From: an uncultured cyanobacterium
Lineage (GTDB): Bacteria; Cyanobacteriota; Cyanobacteriia; Cyanobacteriales; CAWUOF01
Length of the DNA stretch: 64,000 nucleotides
Direction of reading: 5' to 3'
Assembly: GCA_963744145.1 (NCBI GenBank)
Contig: CAVUSO010000001.1
Coordinates: forward strand, 2,752,001 to 2,816,000
Made by a program: the position numbers and the translations under genes. Positions 42,166 through 53,500 of this stretch are shown here, one piece after another. The notes beneath the pieces are model-generated. The model ran no database searches and was not told the origin of the DNA. It saw nothing but the letters and a program-made list of their open reading frames with translations. The first letter of the stretch is position 1. The number at the start of each line of letters is the position of its first letter.

Positions 42166-42522
42166 TAACGAATCCTCTCTCTATTTACTATTTAGTAGAG
42201 GAAACATAAATTTAGTCTTCTATAATACTATATTATCAGCCAGATTGCTAATTTTTGCAAACGCCGCAGATCAAGTAGTTACCTTTTCTGCAAATTTATA
42301 ACAAACTGCAACTTCTTCGATCAAATATTCATTTGAGTCATACCTAAGCAAGATTATATCCCAAACGCCCCCACCTGATCTATTTCCCATTCCCTTAAGT
42401 TACGTTGCCCAATTCATCCCTTAGCTCCTCATCTCTCGTTAAAATTGTGAGTAGTTATAAAAATAAAGTTCGTAGTAGGGTCTTTAGACCCTCTTTTCCA
42501 CAGGTTTGTTTGAGCATCGGTT

Positions 42523-42611
42523 GACCTCTCCCCCAACCCCTCTCCTAAGAGGAAAGGGGAGCAAAATTACTCCCCATTCCCTCGCAGGGAAGGGGGTTGG
42601 GGGGTTAGGTC
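42523..42611. repeat. Palindromic dispersed repeat doublet
   Basis: GACCTCTCCCCCAACCCC...GGGGTTGGGGGGTTAGGTC. Confidence 0.7.
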
Positions 42612-43097
42612 TATAATTTAGAAGGTACAATAGCGGGAGATTTACGAGCTGTTTCTAAAGCCCAATTCACACAGTTAACAACATCTTTAAAATCGCAAAC
42701 TTTCACCTTACCTTCAGTAGTTAAATTAGTCTCTAACTGGGTTCTGAGAGTTTCATCCTCAACCATAAACGCGATCGTTACTTGATCTTGAGTAATCCGA
42801 TGGACAAGTGTTTTCACTCTCTCCATATCTTGGGGATTGGGTTGGTTTGGACTGGGTTCGTCATCTTGAATCGCGATCGTTACTGCTACCGGATTAAGAT
42901 TGTTCTGGGCTGCGTTCTTTTTGTAAAGTGTTTTGAATCCGTTCGCTAGAGTAAAATCAGAGAAGTACCGGGAATTTTATTCGCGATCGGGGATGGGACT
43001 GTGCTACGGTTGGGGTAGTAGGATCGACTCATAGTAGTTGCTCTGTTCATGCTATTACCCCTATATCGAAGATACCTGTAGCTGTTATGCAGAATAA

Positions 43098-43180
43098 TTA
43101 ACGCAAACCGGAACAAATAAAAGTAGCCCAGTAATAAGGTTGTACAAAGGGATAGGTTTCTTGACCATTTAAAATTTTTG
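43098..43180 (-). pseudogene. Orphan 3'-terminal fragment of a CHAT gene
   Basis: Reads KILNGQETYPFVQPYYWATFICSGLR*, matching the ends of the genes at 50571 and 62861. Confidence 0.8.
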
Positions 43181-43260
43181 GGACATCCCTACAAGATTTA
43201 GGCAATGCAACATTTATGTTATGTTAGAGTAAATCTACAGCAAGCGCATAAACTTCAAAT

Positions 43261-43524
43261 ATGCTGAAGTACCTGACCATCGATGAAGCCCAAGAACAAC
43301 TGCTAGAACTAGCAGAACAGTTGACCAATCAGTGGGCGATCGTTACCAAAAATGAGCTGCCCGTCTTAGCAGTCATCAGCTACGATTTGCTTCTATCTAT
43401 ATTAGAAACTTTAGACATTCTTTCTGATCCTGAGTTTGCTAATCAGTTGCAGGAGAGCATAGCCCAAGCTGAACGAGGAGAAACAATAAGCTGGGAAGAA
43501 GCTAAAATAAAACTGGGACTATGA
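43261..43524 (+). CDS. Phd/YefM-type antitoxin
   Basis: IVTKNELPVLAVIS..ETLDILSDP; overlaps downstream RelE-like gene. Confidence 0.85.
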   Translation: MLKYLTIDEAQEQLLELAEQLTNQWAIVTKNELPVLAVISYDLLLSILETLDILSDPEFANQLQESIAQAERGETISWEEAKIKLGL

Positions 43525-43859
43525 CGACGAACGCACCAAACAATATCGAATACATCATTCAACTGACTCCCATTGCATTAACAATGTTAGCTGATGTAAA
43601 AGACCAGCGCGAATTGAAAGCATTGAGCAACCGTATTGATAAACTTAAGTCTGAACCAGAAAAACAAGGTAAACCTTTAGGAAATAAGCTACAAGGTTAT
43701 CGCAGTGTAAGGGCTGTGGGTCAGCGCTACCGCATTATCTACCGAGTTGAACAAGAAGAAGTAATAGTTTTTGTATTAGGAGTTGGTAGGCGTAAAGAAG
43801 GAGATAGAAATGATATTTATGCAGTAATGGAGCGATTACTAGGAGAAGGAATACAGTAA
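43521..43859 (+). CDS. RelE/ParE family toxin
   Basis: GKPLGNKLQGYRSVRAVGQRYRIIYRV..VGRRK. Confidence 0.88.
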   Translation: MTTNAPNNIEYIIQLTPIALTMLADVKDQRELKALSNRIDKLKSEPEKQGKPLGNKLQGYRSVRAVGQRYRIIYRVEQEEVIVFVLGVGRRKEGDRNDIYAVMERLLGEGIQ

Positions 43860-43924
43860 ATATTTGTCAAAATTTTCTTCCACGCGATCGCCAATTTTAT
43901 CAATGAAATAAATAATTGCATAAA

Positions 43925-44164
43925 TCAGGACGATGATCTATTTCTATACAAATCAATAATGCGCTTAATTACTCGCACTACATTATATAATTCATTCTGT
44001 TGTGGGTTAACAATAGTAAATTTTTTTGATATCGCAAATTTTTCTCCACAAATTTTAAACGGTGGGTCGCAAAATCTCAAGAGTTTTAATAGAGGAGAGT
44101 TGGATTTTTGTTGAGCTTCATTGAGGTTAGTAATGGCTTTGGCGATCGCAATAGTTTGAGACAT
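43925..44164 (-). pseudogene. Internally deleted copy of the gene at 60709-61356
   Basis: Start, middle (FCDPPFKI) and end retained, separated by two deletions. Confidence 0.85.
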
Positions 44165-44277
44165 AATTGTTCAGGGTTTTGTTTTTGAATTTTAGCATCA
44201 AGATATCTCAGGTACAGATTCCGCCAAAACATCATTACCGTTATATGGCAAAATTAGACAAATAATTCCTGGAGAGC

Positions 44278-46184
44278 CAGCAATTCTCATTTTAAAAAAA
44301 ATAGAGTATTAATCCCGATTTGGGAATTGAAAATATAGTACAAAATAACCAGTTTTTCAGGCAGAGGCAATGGCTAAAAAACAATTGGGTCAATATCTAA
44401 GTATAAATACTCAATAGAATCGAGGATGGCCTGACAACGAACGAGGGAAATCCAGTTTGATAGTTCGGTTTTTAGAATAGGGAATTCAAGGAAAATAAAA
44501 ATTTATAATTGTGATCAGATGAGGTATAATCGGTGAGTTAAAAATCTGACAGCACGTTAAATTACTCAAACATGGCTCAAAAAGCAGCGACCCTAGAAAT
44601 CCCTGAATTAATCGAATTTTTACGTCAACAATTACATGACTTACCTGATGAAAGGAAACCTGGAAATAATACGAAATACCAGGTAGAAGATGCAGTGATG
44701 GCTGCATTTTCAATCTTTTTTACTCAGTCAGCATCTTTTTTAGACCATCAGCGGTTAATGAAAAGCAATAAAGGAAAAGATAACGCAGAAAGTTTATTTT
44801 CAATTAAGAAAATTCCCTGTGATAATCAAATCAGAAATTTGTTAGATCCGGTGCCAGCAGCTACTATATTTATGGCTTTTCAAGAAGTCTATGAATGGTT
44901 AAATAAAAACGGAGTTTTGAAAAAGTTTCTCTACTTAGATGAAGAAATTTTAATGGCTTTAGATGGCACCGAATATTTTTCATCACAGAAAATAAATTGT
45001 CCTCATTGTAACCGTCGTAATCATCGCAATGGAACTACCACCTATTTTCATAGCTGTGTTACACCTATTGTAGTTTCTCCTAATCAAAACCAAGTGATTA
45101 GTTTAGCGCCAGAATTTATTAAAAACCTGGATGGTCATCAAAAACAAGATTGTGAAAATGCGGCGGTTAAAAGATGGTTGAATAAGAATCATCAAAATAA
45201 ATATGGTTATCCTGTAACCCTTTTAGGGGATGACTTATATGCCCACCAACCTATTTGTGAATTAGCTCTAAAACAAGGATATAATTTTATTTTTGTTGGT
45301 CGAGAAACTTCGCATAAAACTTTATATGAATGGCTAGAGTTTTTAGAAAAAAGTGGAGAAGTTACTACCATTAAAAAGCCCCAATGGGATGGGCGAAAAA
45401 ATCTCCTGTATCGTTATCGCTATGCTAATAGAGTTCCCTTAAAAGATGAAGAATCAAGTCTCGAAGTTAATTGGTACGAAGTGACTGTTATTAATGAGGA
45501 AACACAGAAAATTATCTACCAAAATAATTGGATCACTAATCATAAAATCACTGAAAATAATATTGAAGAAATTGTCAAAGCTGGGCGCAGCAGATGGAAA
45601 GTTGAGAATGAAAGTAATAACGTTCTTAAAAATCACGGTTATAATTTAGAGCATAACTTTGGTCATGGTGAAAATCATTTGTGCGAGTTATTATTGTCTT
45701 TGAATTTACTAGCTTTTTTATTTCATACTGTTTTGGATTTAGTTAATTACATCTATCAAAAAGTTCGTGACCTATTAGTACGGGCGTATTGCCATACGCC
45801 CCTACTACTTTCTTTAAGGATATTCGGACCTTATTAAAATATTTATGGTTCAAAAATTGGTCAGATTTATTCTCATTTATTCTCACCGAGAATGTCCCAT
45901 TAAAAAAACTAAATTCTAGTTGAAAAATATCAATATATTGAAAGAGGAAGGGTAGGGGCGTATTGCAATACGCCCGTACTTTTTTATCAAAAAAAACCTA
46001 AAAAATGGGTGAGAATTTCATCTGGATGTATCAGTTGAAATCGATTTTTCATGGACAAATTTCTGAAAACTTGTCTATCTTCAGCGTCGGATGATAATTA
46101 TCTGTCAAAAAATCATGCTTCGACACAAGTTCTCTATTTAAATAAGAGAATTTTCTCTGATTTTTTTCAAAATGAGAATTGCTG
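44278..46184 (+). mobile_element. ISNCY-like insertion sequence
   Basis: TIRs CAGCAATTCTCATTTT / AAAATGAGAATTGCTG; 9-bp target duplication CTGGAGAGC on both sides. Confidence 0.85.
44572..45923 (+). pseudogene. DDE transposase with 3' end disrupted by a REP-like palindrome
   Basis: ALDGTEYF, LGDDLY, RWKVENE; REP at 45778-45805 shifts frame; native tail TFFKDIRTLLKY...* continues to 45923. Confidence 0.8.
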
Positions 46185-46206
46185 CTGGAGAGCGAGGAGA
46201 TTAGAA

Positions 46207-46617
46207 ATGGATGGCAAATGTCTTTGCGGTGCAATCACCGTCCGAACCCCAGACAAAAAGAGCATTGATGCCTGTCATTGCGGGATGTGTCGGCGATGGG
46301 GAGGCTGGCCCGTATTAGGTGTAGCTTGTGGCTCAGACCTACAGATAGACGGTGTTGAAAAACTAAAAGCGTATCAGTCCTCAGAATGGGCTCAAAGGGG
46401 TTTTTGTAGTGAATGTGGCACGCATATTTTCTACAAGTTGTTGCCTACCAATGAATATTTTGTCCCAGCAGGTTTGTTTCAGGATGGAATTGAGTTTGAG
46501 TTCAAGGAGCAAATCTTTATCGACCGGAAACCTAGTTACTATGAGTTTGCTAATCAAACATTGAATCTGACAGAAGCAGAAGTATTTGCCAAATTTATAC
46601 CAAGTGAAAAACTTTAA
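46207..46617 (+). CDS. GFA (glutathione-dependent formaldehyde-activating, CENP-V-like) family protein
   Basis: GKCLCGAI, CHCGMCRRW, RGFCSECGT; ATG 46207 with GAGGAG RBS. Confidence 0.9.
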   Translation: MDGKCLCGAITVRTPDKKSIDACHCGMCRRWGGWPVLGVACGSDLQIDGVEKLKAYQSSEWAQRGFCSECGTHIFYKLLPTNEYFVPAGLFQDGIEFEFKEQIFIDRKPSYYEFANQTLNLTEAEVFAKFIPSEKL

Positions 46618-46657
46618 GGCCCAGGTTAAGTTCGGTCATTAATTTAATAATCCCTAA

Positions 46658-48539
46658 AACACCGATTCAGTAATAAAATACTGAGTATAAATACTTAAGA
46701 GATTTACCAGAAATAGGGCTGACTAAATTTAACTGGAATGTATAATCAAGACAGATTTTAACTGCGCTCGAATCAGGAATTAAGAAATAATGCGTCCCCA
46801 ACTCTGGAATATACCTGTAGATTTGTCACCACAAGAACAGAAAATAGTGTCCCGGATTAAAAGAGCAAAACTATTTATTTTTTTACGAGAAATCCGTCAC
46901 TTACTGTTTGATGAAGCCTTTCAAAAAGAACTAGCGTCTATGTATGCAGAGAGTCCAAAAGGGCATCCACCAGTACCTCCCGCACAACTAGCATTAGCGA
47001 CAATTTTACAAGCCTATACGGGTGGTAGAGATGCAGAAGCAATTGAAGCATCAATAATGGATAAAAGATGGCAATTGGTATTAGATTGCCTAGAATGCGA
47101 ACAAGCACCTTTTTGTCAAGCAACATTAGTAAGATTTAGACAAGCATTAATTATTCATCAACTAGACCGACGCTTAATCGAACGCACAATAGAACTAGCA
47201 AATCAAACGAAACAATTTGGGCATAGACAATTACGTGCAGCACTAGATTCAAGTCCTTTATGGGGAGCAGGAAAAGTAGAAGATACCTACAATTTATTGG
47301 GTCACACTCTAAAAAAAATGCTGAAGCTCATAGCACAACAACAGGGGAAGAGTTTGCGACAGATCGCAATTGATCTGGGACTAGAAATCTGTTTAGGTGC
47401 TTCTATAAAATCAGCCTTAGATTTAGATTGGGATGACCCGTCCCAAAGAAATCTAGCTTTAAAGATGCTCTTAGACAAGTTGGAGCAACTAGAACAGCAA
47501 CTAGAAAATCAACCAGAACTTCAAGAAAATCTGCTCATCAATGCCAATCTGAAAACAGCTGCTATGGTGAAAGAACAAAACGTGGTTCTAGATAGCAATG
47601 AGCAAGTAAAATTAGCTGAACAAGTAGCTCCCAATCGCCGCATTTCTGTAGAAGATGAAGAAATGCGTCATGGTCGCAAGAGTAAAAATCAACGGTTTAA
47701 TGGTTACAAACGTCATGTATTAAGAGATTTAGATTCAGGATTAGTTAGAGTTGTAGGCATTACTAAGCGCAAATGTTCCGGAAGCGTCAGTAACTGATGG
47801 TCATGTCTGCCGATTTAGCATCACAGCAGGTGCAGTTAGTAGAATTATATATTGACCGAGCATATCTGAGTAGTTCTTGGGTGAAAGAGCGGAGTGATGA
47901 ATTAACTATCTATTGTAAATCTTGGCCAGTAAAAAATGGGGGGAAATTTCCGAAAACCGCTTTTATTTTAGATTGGGAAACAGGAACTATTTGCTGTCCA
48001 AACCAAGTAATTATGCCATTTACTGTAGGGCAAAAAGTTCAATTTCCCGCCGCCGAATGTAGTGTTTGTCCTCAACAACAACGTTGCACTAGTAGTCAAA
48101 AAGGACGTAGTATTTCCCTTCATCCTGATGAGCAGTTATTCGCCGAATTACGAGAACGGCAATTGACCTCCTTCGGGCGGACTCAACTGCGAAAAAGAGT
48201 AGCTGTAGAACATAGTTTATCACATATTGGGCGGATTCAAGGAGACCAAGCTCGTTATTTTGGGATGCGGAAAAACTTATTTGATTTGCGACGTAGTGCT
48301 GTAGTTCATAACCTACATATTTTGGCGCGATTAGGAATAGATCACCAGAAGTCAGTTCACCGAGTCCCTCTCAAGTTTAATTAGGTTACATTTGTTTTCT
48401 GTCAGCATCAACTCTACCAATTTGCTTCAGATTTACTCAAAATCCTTTTCTTGGAAGATATTTGTTTTTTTGCGGAAACGCAATTACCGGATTAATATCC
48501 TCAGTATTTCTACTTATAATCTATTACTGAATCGGTGTT
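46658..48539 (+). mobile_element. IS1182-like insertion sequence
   Basis: TIRs AACACCGATTCAGTAATA / TATTACTGAATCGGTGTT; 4-bp duplication CTAA. Confidence 0.8.
46790..48384 (+). pseudogene. IS1182-like transposase, frameshifted
   Basis: ALDSSPLWGAG, MRHGRKS..GYKRH, IDRAYL, RVAVEHSL; two apparent +1 insertions near 47768 and 47800. Confidence 0.8.
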
Positions 48540-48585
48540 CTAATGCCTCCGGCACGCTACGCGATCGCCTTTTGGTATGGGATTT

Positions 48586-48780
48586 TTAAAGGAAAGAAAA
48601 TGGTTTTCCAGCAGCAAAGATTTGATCGGTGGTTAGTTCCAGATTTGGGAATGTGAGGGATTGGATGCGATCGCCTATTCTAAATGATTGTCGATGGTAA
48701 AGTTCACCTTGTAATATACATAAGGTCAGAGTAGGTTGTTTTGGGATGCCAATATATTCTCTACCACCAAGTCCGAGATT
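48586..48780 (-). pseudogene. C-terminal remnant of a Uma2 family gene
   Basis: Reads LGLGGREYIGIPKQPTLTLC..IQSLTFPNLELTTDQIF. Confidence 0.7.
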
Positions 48781-48908
48781 GACATAATGCTAAAAAGTGC
48801 GATCGCTGCTCTGATCTCACTATTTATATTCTGCATCCTCAATTTTATCAACTGCGATCGCGAAACCCTTTAATGAAATAATCAAGGGAATAAAAATGAT
48901 TAATCTCA

Positions 48909-49352
48909 CTACAAAATCGTCAAATAAGTTTCGGTTGGACTGATGGGTAAGGGTTTTAAAGTTTGATTCTTCAAGTCTATTTCTAACCCCAAAGATTCCA
49001 AAGGAATTACTCCTAAAAGAGCATCTCTCCCTCCTGGTAACTCTAAACACTCAAAGGTTCCTTCCCGTTCAAACATTGATATGGTAGCATCTCGAAAGAT
49101 TCGGGCTTTACCAATACCCATTGCTGTAGCTACGTCCACTTCTTTAAGGAGTTTCAGTCCCAGCTTGGCGATCGCATCTGATGGTAAACACAAGGTTGTT
49201 GCTCCTGTATCTACTAAGATATTTTTGAGTGTGATTGAGCGAATTTGTTCTTGGGAAATTGTCCCATCTTCAGCTCTAATTTGGTCGGCTCGATTAATAA
49301 TTGTCAGCGTGGCAAAAACTTTTCCCATTTCTTGTTTACTTTGAATTGACAT
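48909..49352 (-). CDS. Clan AA (retropepsin-like) aspartyl protease, copy 1
   Basis: LVDTGAT catalytic motif, ALLGVIPLE; GGAGG RBS. Confidence 0.85.
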   Translation of the reverse strand: MSIQSKQEMGKVFATLTIINRADQIRAEDGTISQEQIRSITLKNILVDTGATTLCLPSDAIAKLGLKLLKEVDVATAMGIGKARIFRDATISMFEREGTFECLELPGGRDALLGVIPLESLGLEIDLKNQTLKPLPISPTETYLTIL

Positions 49353-49419
49353 TGGTTACCTCCTCCTTAAGAGTTGGAGTTTTATCTACTTTTATTATAA
49401 CTTCGCGGTGGTTATAAAT

Positions 49420-49640
49420 ATGATCGAGGCGATGAGAAGACAGTTCTTTTCAGGTAGATGAAGTCCAAACAACTACCCCTTGACTTTTTTATTTAATTGA
49501 CGTAGTATATCATCATGGGGATCTGTATCGCCAAATAATATCAGTTTTGGCAGGGCAGATTATACCAATTCCAGTTAAACTTCAAGGAACAAACAAGGAT
49601 AACTATCAATCATTGAAAATGTATGATTGGCGTTCAACAT
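49420..49640 (+). repeat. Promoter-bearing repeat X, copy 1
   Basis: Homologous to 59961-60175 and 62427-62645; TTGACT(49480)-N17-TAGTAT(49503). Confidence 0.8.
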
Positions 49641-49703
49641 GATCAAGTTACAATTTCAACCACCGAAAGATATAATTTCAGCTAGTTAGCGAGAGACAAT
49701 ATT

Positions 49704-49907
49704 ATGAACATTCGTCAAGAGTTTCTGAATGCGATCGCCGAACTTTCCGATGACAAATTAAAGCTACTATTAGATATAACACTTTCGTGGAAAAGTGAGA
49801 AAAAATTGTCTCCGCAGATACCTGGATCTCAAGCTTATCAAGATTGGCTAAGTGCGGAAAATGACATTTATGACGAACTATTTGCTGATGAACTTACAAA
49901 AAGGTGA
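49704..49907 (+). CDS. Putative antitoxin
   Basis: 67 aa with acidic tail WLSAENDIYDELF, overlapping a PemK-like gene. Confidence 0.7.
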   Translation: MNIRQEFLNAIAELSDDKLKLLLDITLSWKSEKKLSPQIPGSQAYQDWLSAENDIYDELFADELTKR

Positions 49908-50253
49908 TCTGGTTTTGGCTCAAGTGCCAATGCCTTCTACTCAATTAACACAATTTAAACGCCGTCCGGCTGTGATTGTTTCAGCAAACTATCTCAACGA
50001 AATTCTTGACGATGTGATGGTTGTACCTTGTACTTCTCAAACTAATCGGACTTTAACTAGAACGCAATATTTAATTACCGGAGATGAAATTGCTGCTTGT
50101 GGAATCAGAGTAGAATCTGTGGTAAGATGCGAGTCAATTTTAACACTAAATAAGCCTATGATTCTTAGGAAACTGGGTCGGCTTTCAGAGTCAGCAATAA
50201 ATCAAATAGATAGTTATTTATTGATTGCTTTAGAATTAGCAAGAATTGATTAA
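49888..50253 (+). CDS. PemK/MazF family toxin
   Basis: KGDLVL..KRRPAVIVS..VVPCTS..SVVRCE..LGRL; start could be 49870. Confidence 0.88.
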   Translation: MNLQKGDLVLAQVPMPSTQLTQFKRRPAVIVSANYLNEILDDVMVVPCTSQTNRTLTRTQYLITGDEIAACGIRVESVVRCESILTLNKPMILRKLGRLSESAINQIDSYLLIALELARID

Positions 50254-50436
50254 TATATGAACAAAAATTCCAAGATATTTTAATGTTAATTTTTCTCATT
50301 TCATATTAACGCAAACCAGAACAGACGAGTGAAAGCAAAAACTATGGCGATCGCCACATTAGCAAAATCAAAACCACTCTAAGAACCAGTCCATTAATCG
50401 CGATCGACCACCATCAACATAACATAAATATCGATT

Positions 50437-50507
50437 GTAGGGGCGAAGCATTCCGGCAGATCAATTAAAGGTTAAAACCAGCAAATTATGACCGGAATGC
50501 TTCGCCC
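50437..50507. repeat. REP-like hairpin downstream of the CHAT gene (identical copy 62727-62797)
   Basis: GTAGGGGCGAAGCATTCCGG...CCGGAATGCTTCGCCC. Confidence 0.8.
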
Positions 50508-50570
50508 TTCTTCTCTGGCTTCCTCATGATTCCCCCTCAATAATTCAGAAATCATTATTTTTGTCAGATA

Positions 50571-53500
50571 TTAACGCAAACCAGAACAGATAAAAGCAGC
50601 CCAATAAAAAGGTTCGGCAAAGGGAAATTCTTGGCGGCATAAAAATTTCAGGTTTTCGGTTATTTTGTAAACCTTTTCGCCGATCTTATTCCACTCTTTA
50701 TATTCTTCATCCCATTGTTGATACTCTGGTGTTCCTTTAACTAATTTTTTGCGATTTTTATCAGCATTCTTGAGCTTTTCTGCTACTTGTTGCCGTTGCT
50801 TTTGTAAATAAGTTTCAAGTTCAGATTTGTACTCAGTATCTAGAGTTGTTCCTGGTAGGGTGCGAAGTTTGATTTGCGCTTGTTGGAGTGCTTCAGGACG
50901 ATTTAAACCTTGTTGGCGATACTGATAATAAAAGATGGAAAATAAGGCAGTAGCTAAATCATTGACTGCCCACAATGTACTAACTACACTCCGCGCACCA
51001 GCACATAAAAAGCCAGTGGCAATAGTTAAAATATCATCTGTTATTGAGGGAATCCCTAAATTTGTCTCGCAACAAGAAAGAAAAACATCAGAAAGATCAG
51101 GTAATTTCCACCCTGGTGTAAGAAGTTGTCCTAATGTAATACTACCATCACCCAGTATTAATTTAGATTCTAAAGGATTATCTAAACGAGATGTAGCATG
51201 ATGGCTCAAATGCAAAACTTGGACTTCCTTGGCAAGTTGGCGAAAGTTATGGATAGTAGCTCTCTTTCTACCTTTTAGGCGCTGATGGTCAGGAATATTA
51301 TAGATTTTTGCAATTTTTTCCCCTTCAAACAATGCACATTGAAGCGTATCATCAGCATCTTCTACAGTACCATAATTAATTTTAGCAAGTGGTGGACGTT
51401 GTTGGCAATATTGCAAAATTTGACAACTAGGAATATAACGCAAGTAGAAGCAATCAGCTAAATATTCAGTTAAGTATTGAGTCGGGAAAGTTAAAGGTAA
51501 AGCGGCAAATGGTATTTGATGCCAAAATAGGTGCGGAATGATAATCAGTTCTTCAATGTCACTGAGATAATTTTTCACTAGGGTTGTTAGCTGTAGTTTT
51601 TCAGCTAATTGCTGCAAAAGCTCAGAGATTTTTTTATACCAAATTCCATCTCTTGCCTTGTTTAAATAAGGAATTAGCCATTGGTCAACGACTAACTCGC
51701 GTAAAGTTTGATAGCCAAATCCTATACAAGTGTGCAGTTGTGGTGATTTGTCTTTGTAGATGATGAAAATGTGGGTGTCTTCGTCAGTAGTGAAGAAATT
51801 AAGAATAGCAGTATGAGGTTGGTCTATAAGTTGCTGAATGGTAGCAAAATCTAACGGTTCTACTTGAATACCTCCAGATAAAACCGGGTCTAAACGACGG
51901 ATTTGTTCCCAGATTTGTTGTTTTTGTGCTTCCAAGCTTTCGATGTTTACGGTAACAGTTTCTATTACAGCGCGAGTGAGAATTAAACTACCTTTATTTG
52001 TTTGCTCATTTCTAGATTCAGAGTCACTTTGGAAACGTTTCCGTTCAGTATCAATTTGTGCTTGTAGCTCATCGTATTGTTGCAAATATTCCTGAATTTG
52101 GAAAGGAATTTCGCCATCTGAGTAGAGATCATTACTTGCTATTAAATCGACCAGACGTTTAGAACGAGATCGCTCTACATATTCTATGGCTTTGTCAAGA
52201 TTGCTGATATTGATGTAGGATTGAATTATCTTTTCGTAAACATCAATTGAGTCGGCTAAAATCTGTTGACGACTAGTATCAGTAGTTGACCAACTGCGGC
52301 TGATTTCGACAGCAATAATAGCCTGTTCGTATCCCTCAATAGCAATATCCCACCAACCTTCTGTGAATGCCAGATTGCCGAGATTTATACCAGATGTCAG
52401 ACAACCTAGAGGTAGAGTCGTGGGAGTGCGAAATTCTAAGGCTAATTGGAAACAACGAATCGCCGCATCGATATTCTCCGCCCGGTTGCCCGTGATTTTG
52501 GACCTGTAGGCAGTTCCCAGATTATTTTGAGTCATCGCCCATTGTTCGGGGAAATCGGCCCAGGTATAGATAGCTAAAGCCAGTTGATAAGCAGCGATCG
52601 CCGCATCAAGATTCTCAGCTCGGTTGCCCGTGATTTTGTCAGAGTAGGCAGTTCCCAGATTATTTTGAATCATGGCCCATTGTTCGGGGAAATCGGCCCG
52701 GGTATAGACAGCTAAAGCCAGTTGAAAAGCAGCGATCGCGGCATCAATATTTTCCCCCCGGTTGCCCGTGATTTTGTCCCTGTAGGCAGTTCCCAGATTA
52801 TTTTGAGTCATGGCCCAGTCTTCGGGAAAATCGGCCCGGGTATAGACAGCTAAAGCCAGTTGATAAGCAGCGATCGCCGCATCAATATTCTCCGCCCGGT
52901 TGCCCGTAATTTTTTCCCTGTAGGCATTTCCCAGATTATTTTGAGTCATGGCCCAGTCTTCGGGAAAATCGGCCCGGGTATAGACAGCTAAAGCCAGTTG
53001 AAAAGCAGCGATCGCCGCATCAATATTCTCCGCCCGGTTGCCCGTAATTTTTTCCCTGTAGGCATTTCCCAGATTATTTTGAGTCATCGCCCATTGTTCG
53101 GGGAAATCGGCCCGGGTATAGACAGCTAAAGCCAGTTGATAAGCAGTGATCGCCACATCAATATTCTCAGCTCGGCTCCCCGTGATTTTGTTAGAGTAGG
53201 CATTTCCCAGATTATTTTGAGTCAGGGCCGATTGTTCGGGGAAATCAGCCCGGGTTCTGACAGCTAAAGCCAGGTGATAAGCAGCGATCGCCGCATCAAT
53301 ATTCTCCGCCCGGTTCCCCGTGATTTTGAACCAGTAGGCAGCTCCCAGATTATTTTGAGTCATGGCCCAGTCTTCGGGAAAATCGGCCCGGGTATAGACA
53401 GCTAAAGCCAGTTGATAAGCAGCGATCGCCGCATCAATATTTTCCGCCCGGTTCCCCGTGATTTTGTCCCTGTAGGCATTTCCCAGATTATTTTGAGTCA

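Noticed and set aside
42611..43050. Complete gene upstream of the DUF4365-like remnant
   Set aside because: The frame is open back to ~42978 without a convincing start; probably a fragment, and no family recognised
46051..46206. N-terminal extension of the GFA ORF
   Set aside because: Lies within the IS right end; RBS and domain start at 46207
47760..47805. Programmed frameshift in the IS1182-like transposase
   Set aside because: No slippery run, and two separate shifts appear to be needed
48820..49050. 76-aa ORFs overlapping the aspartyl proteases (also 61827-62057)
   Set aside because: Alternate-frame overlap; conservation is explained by the duplication
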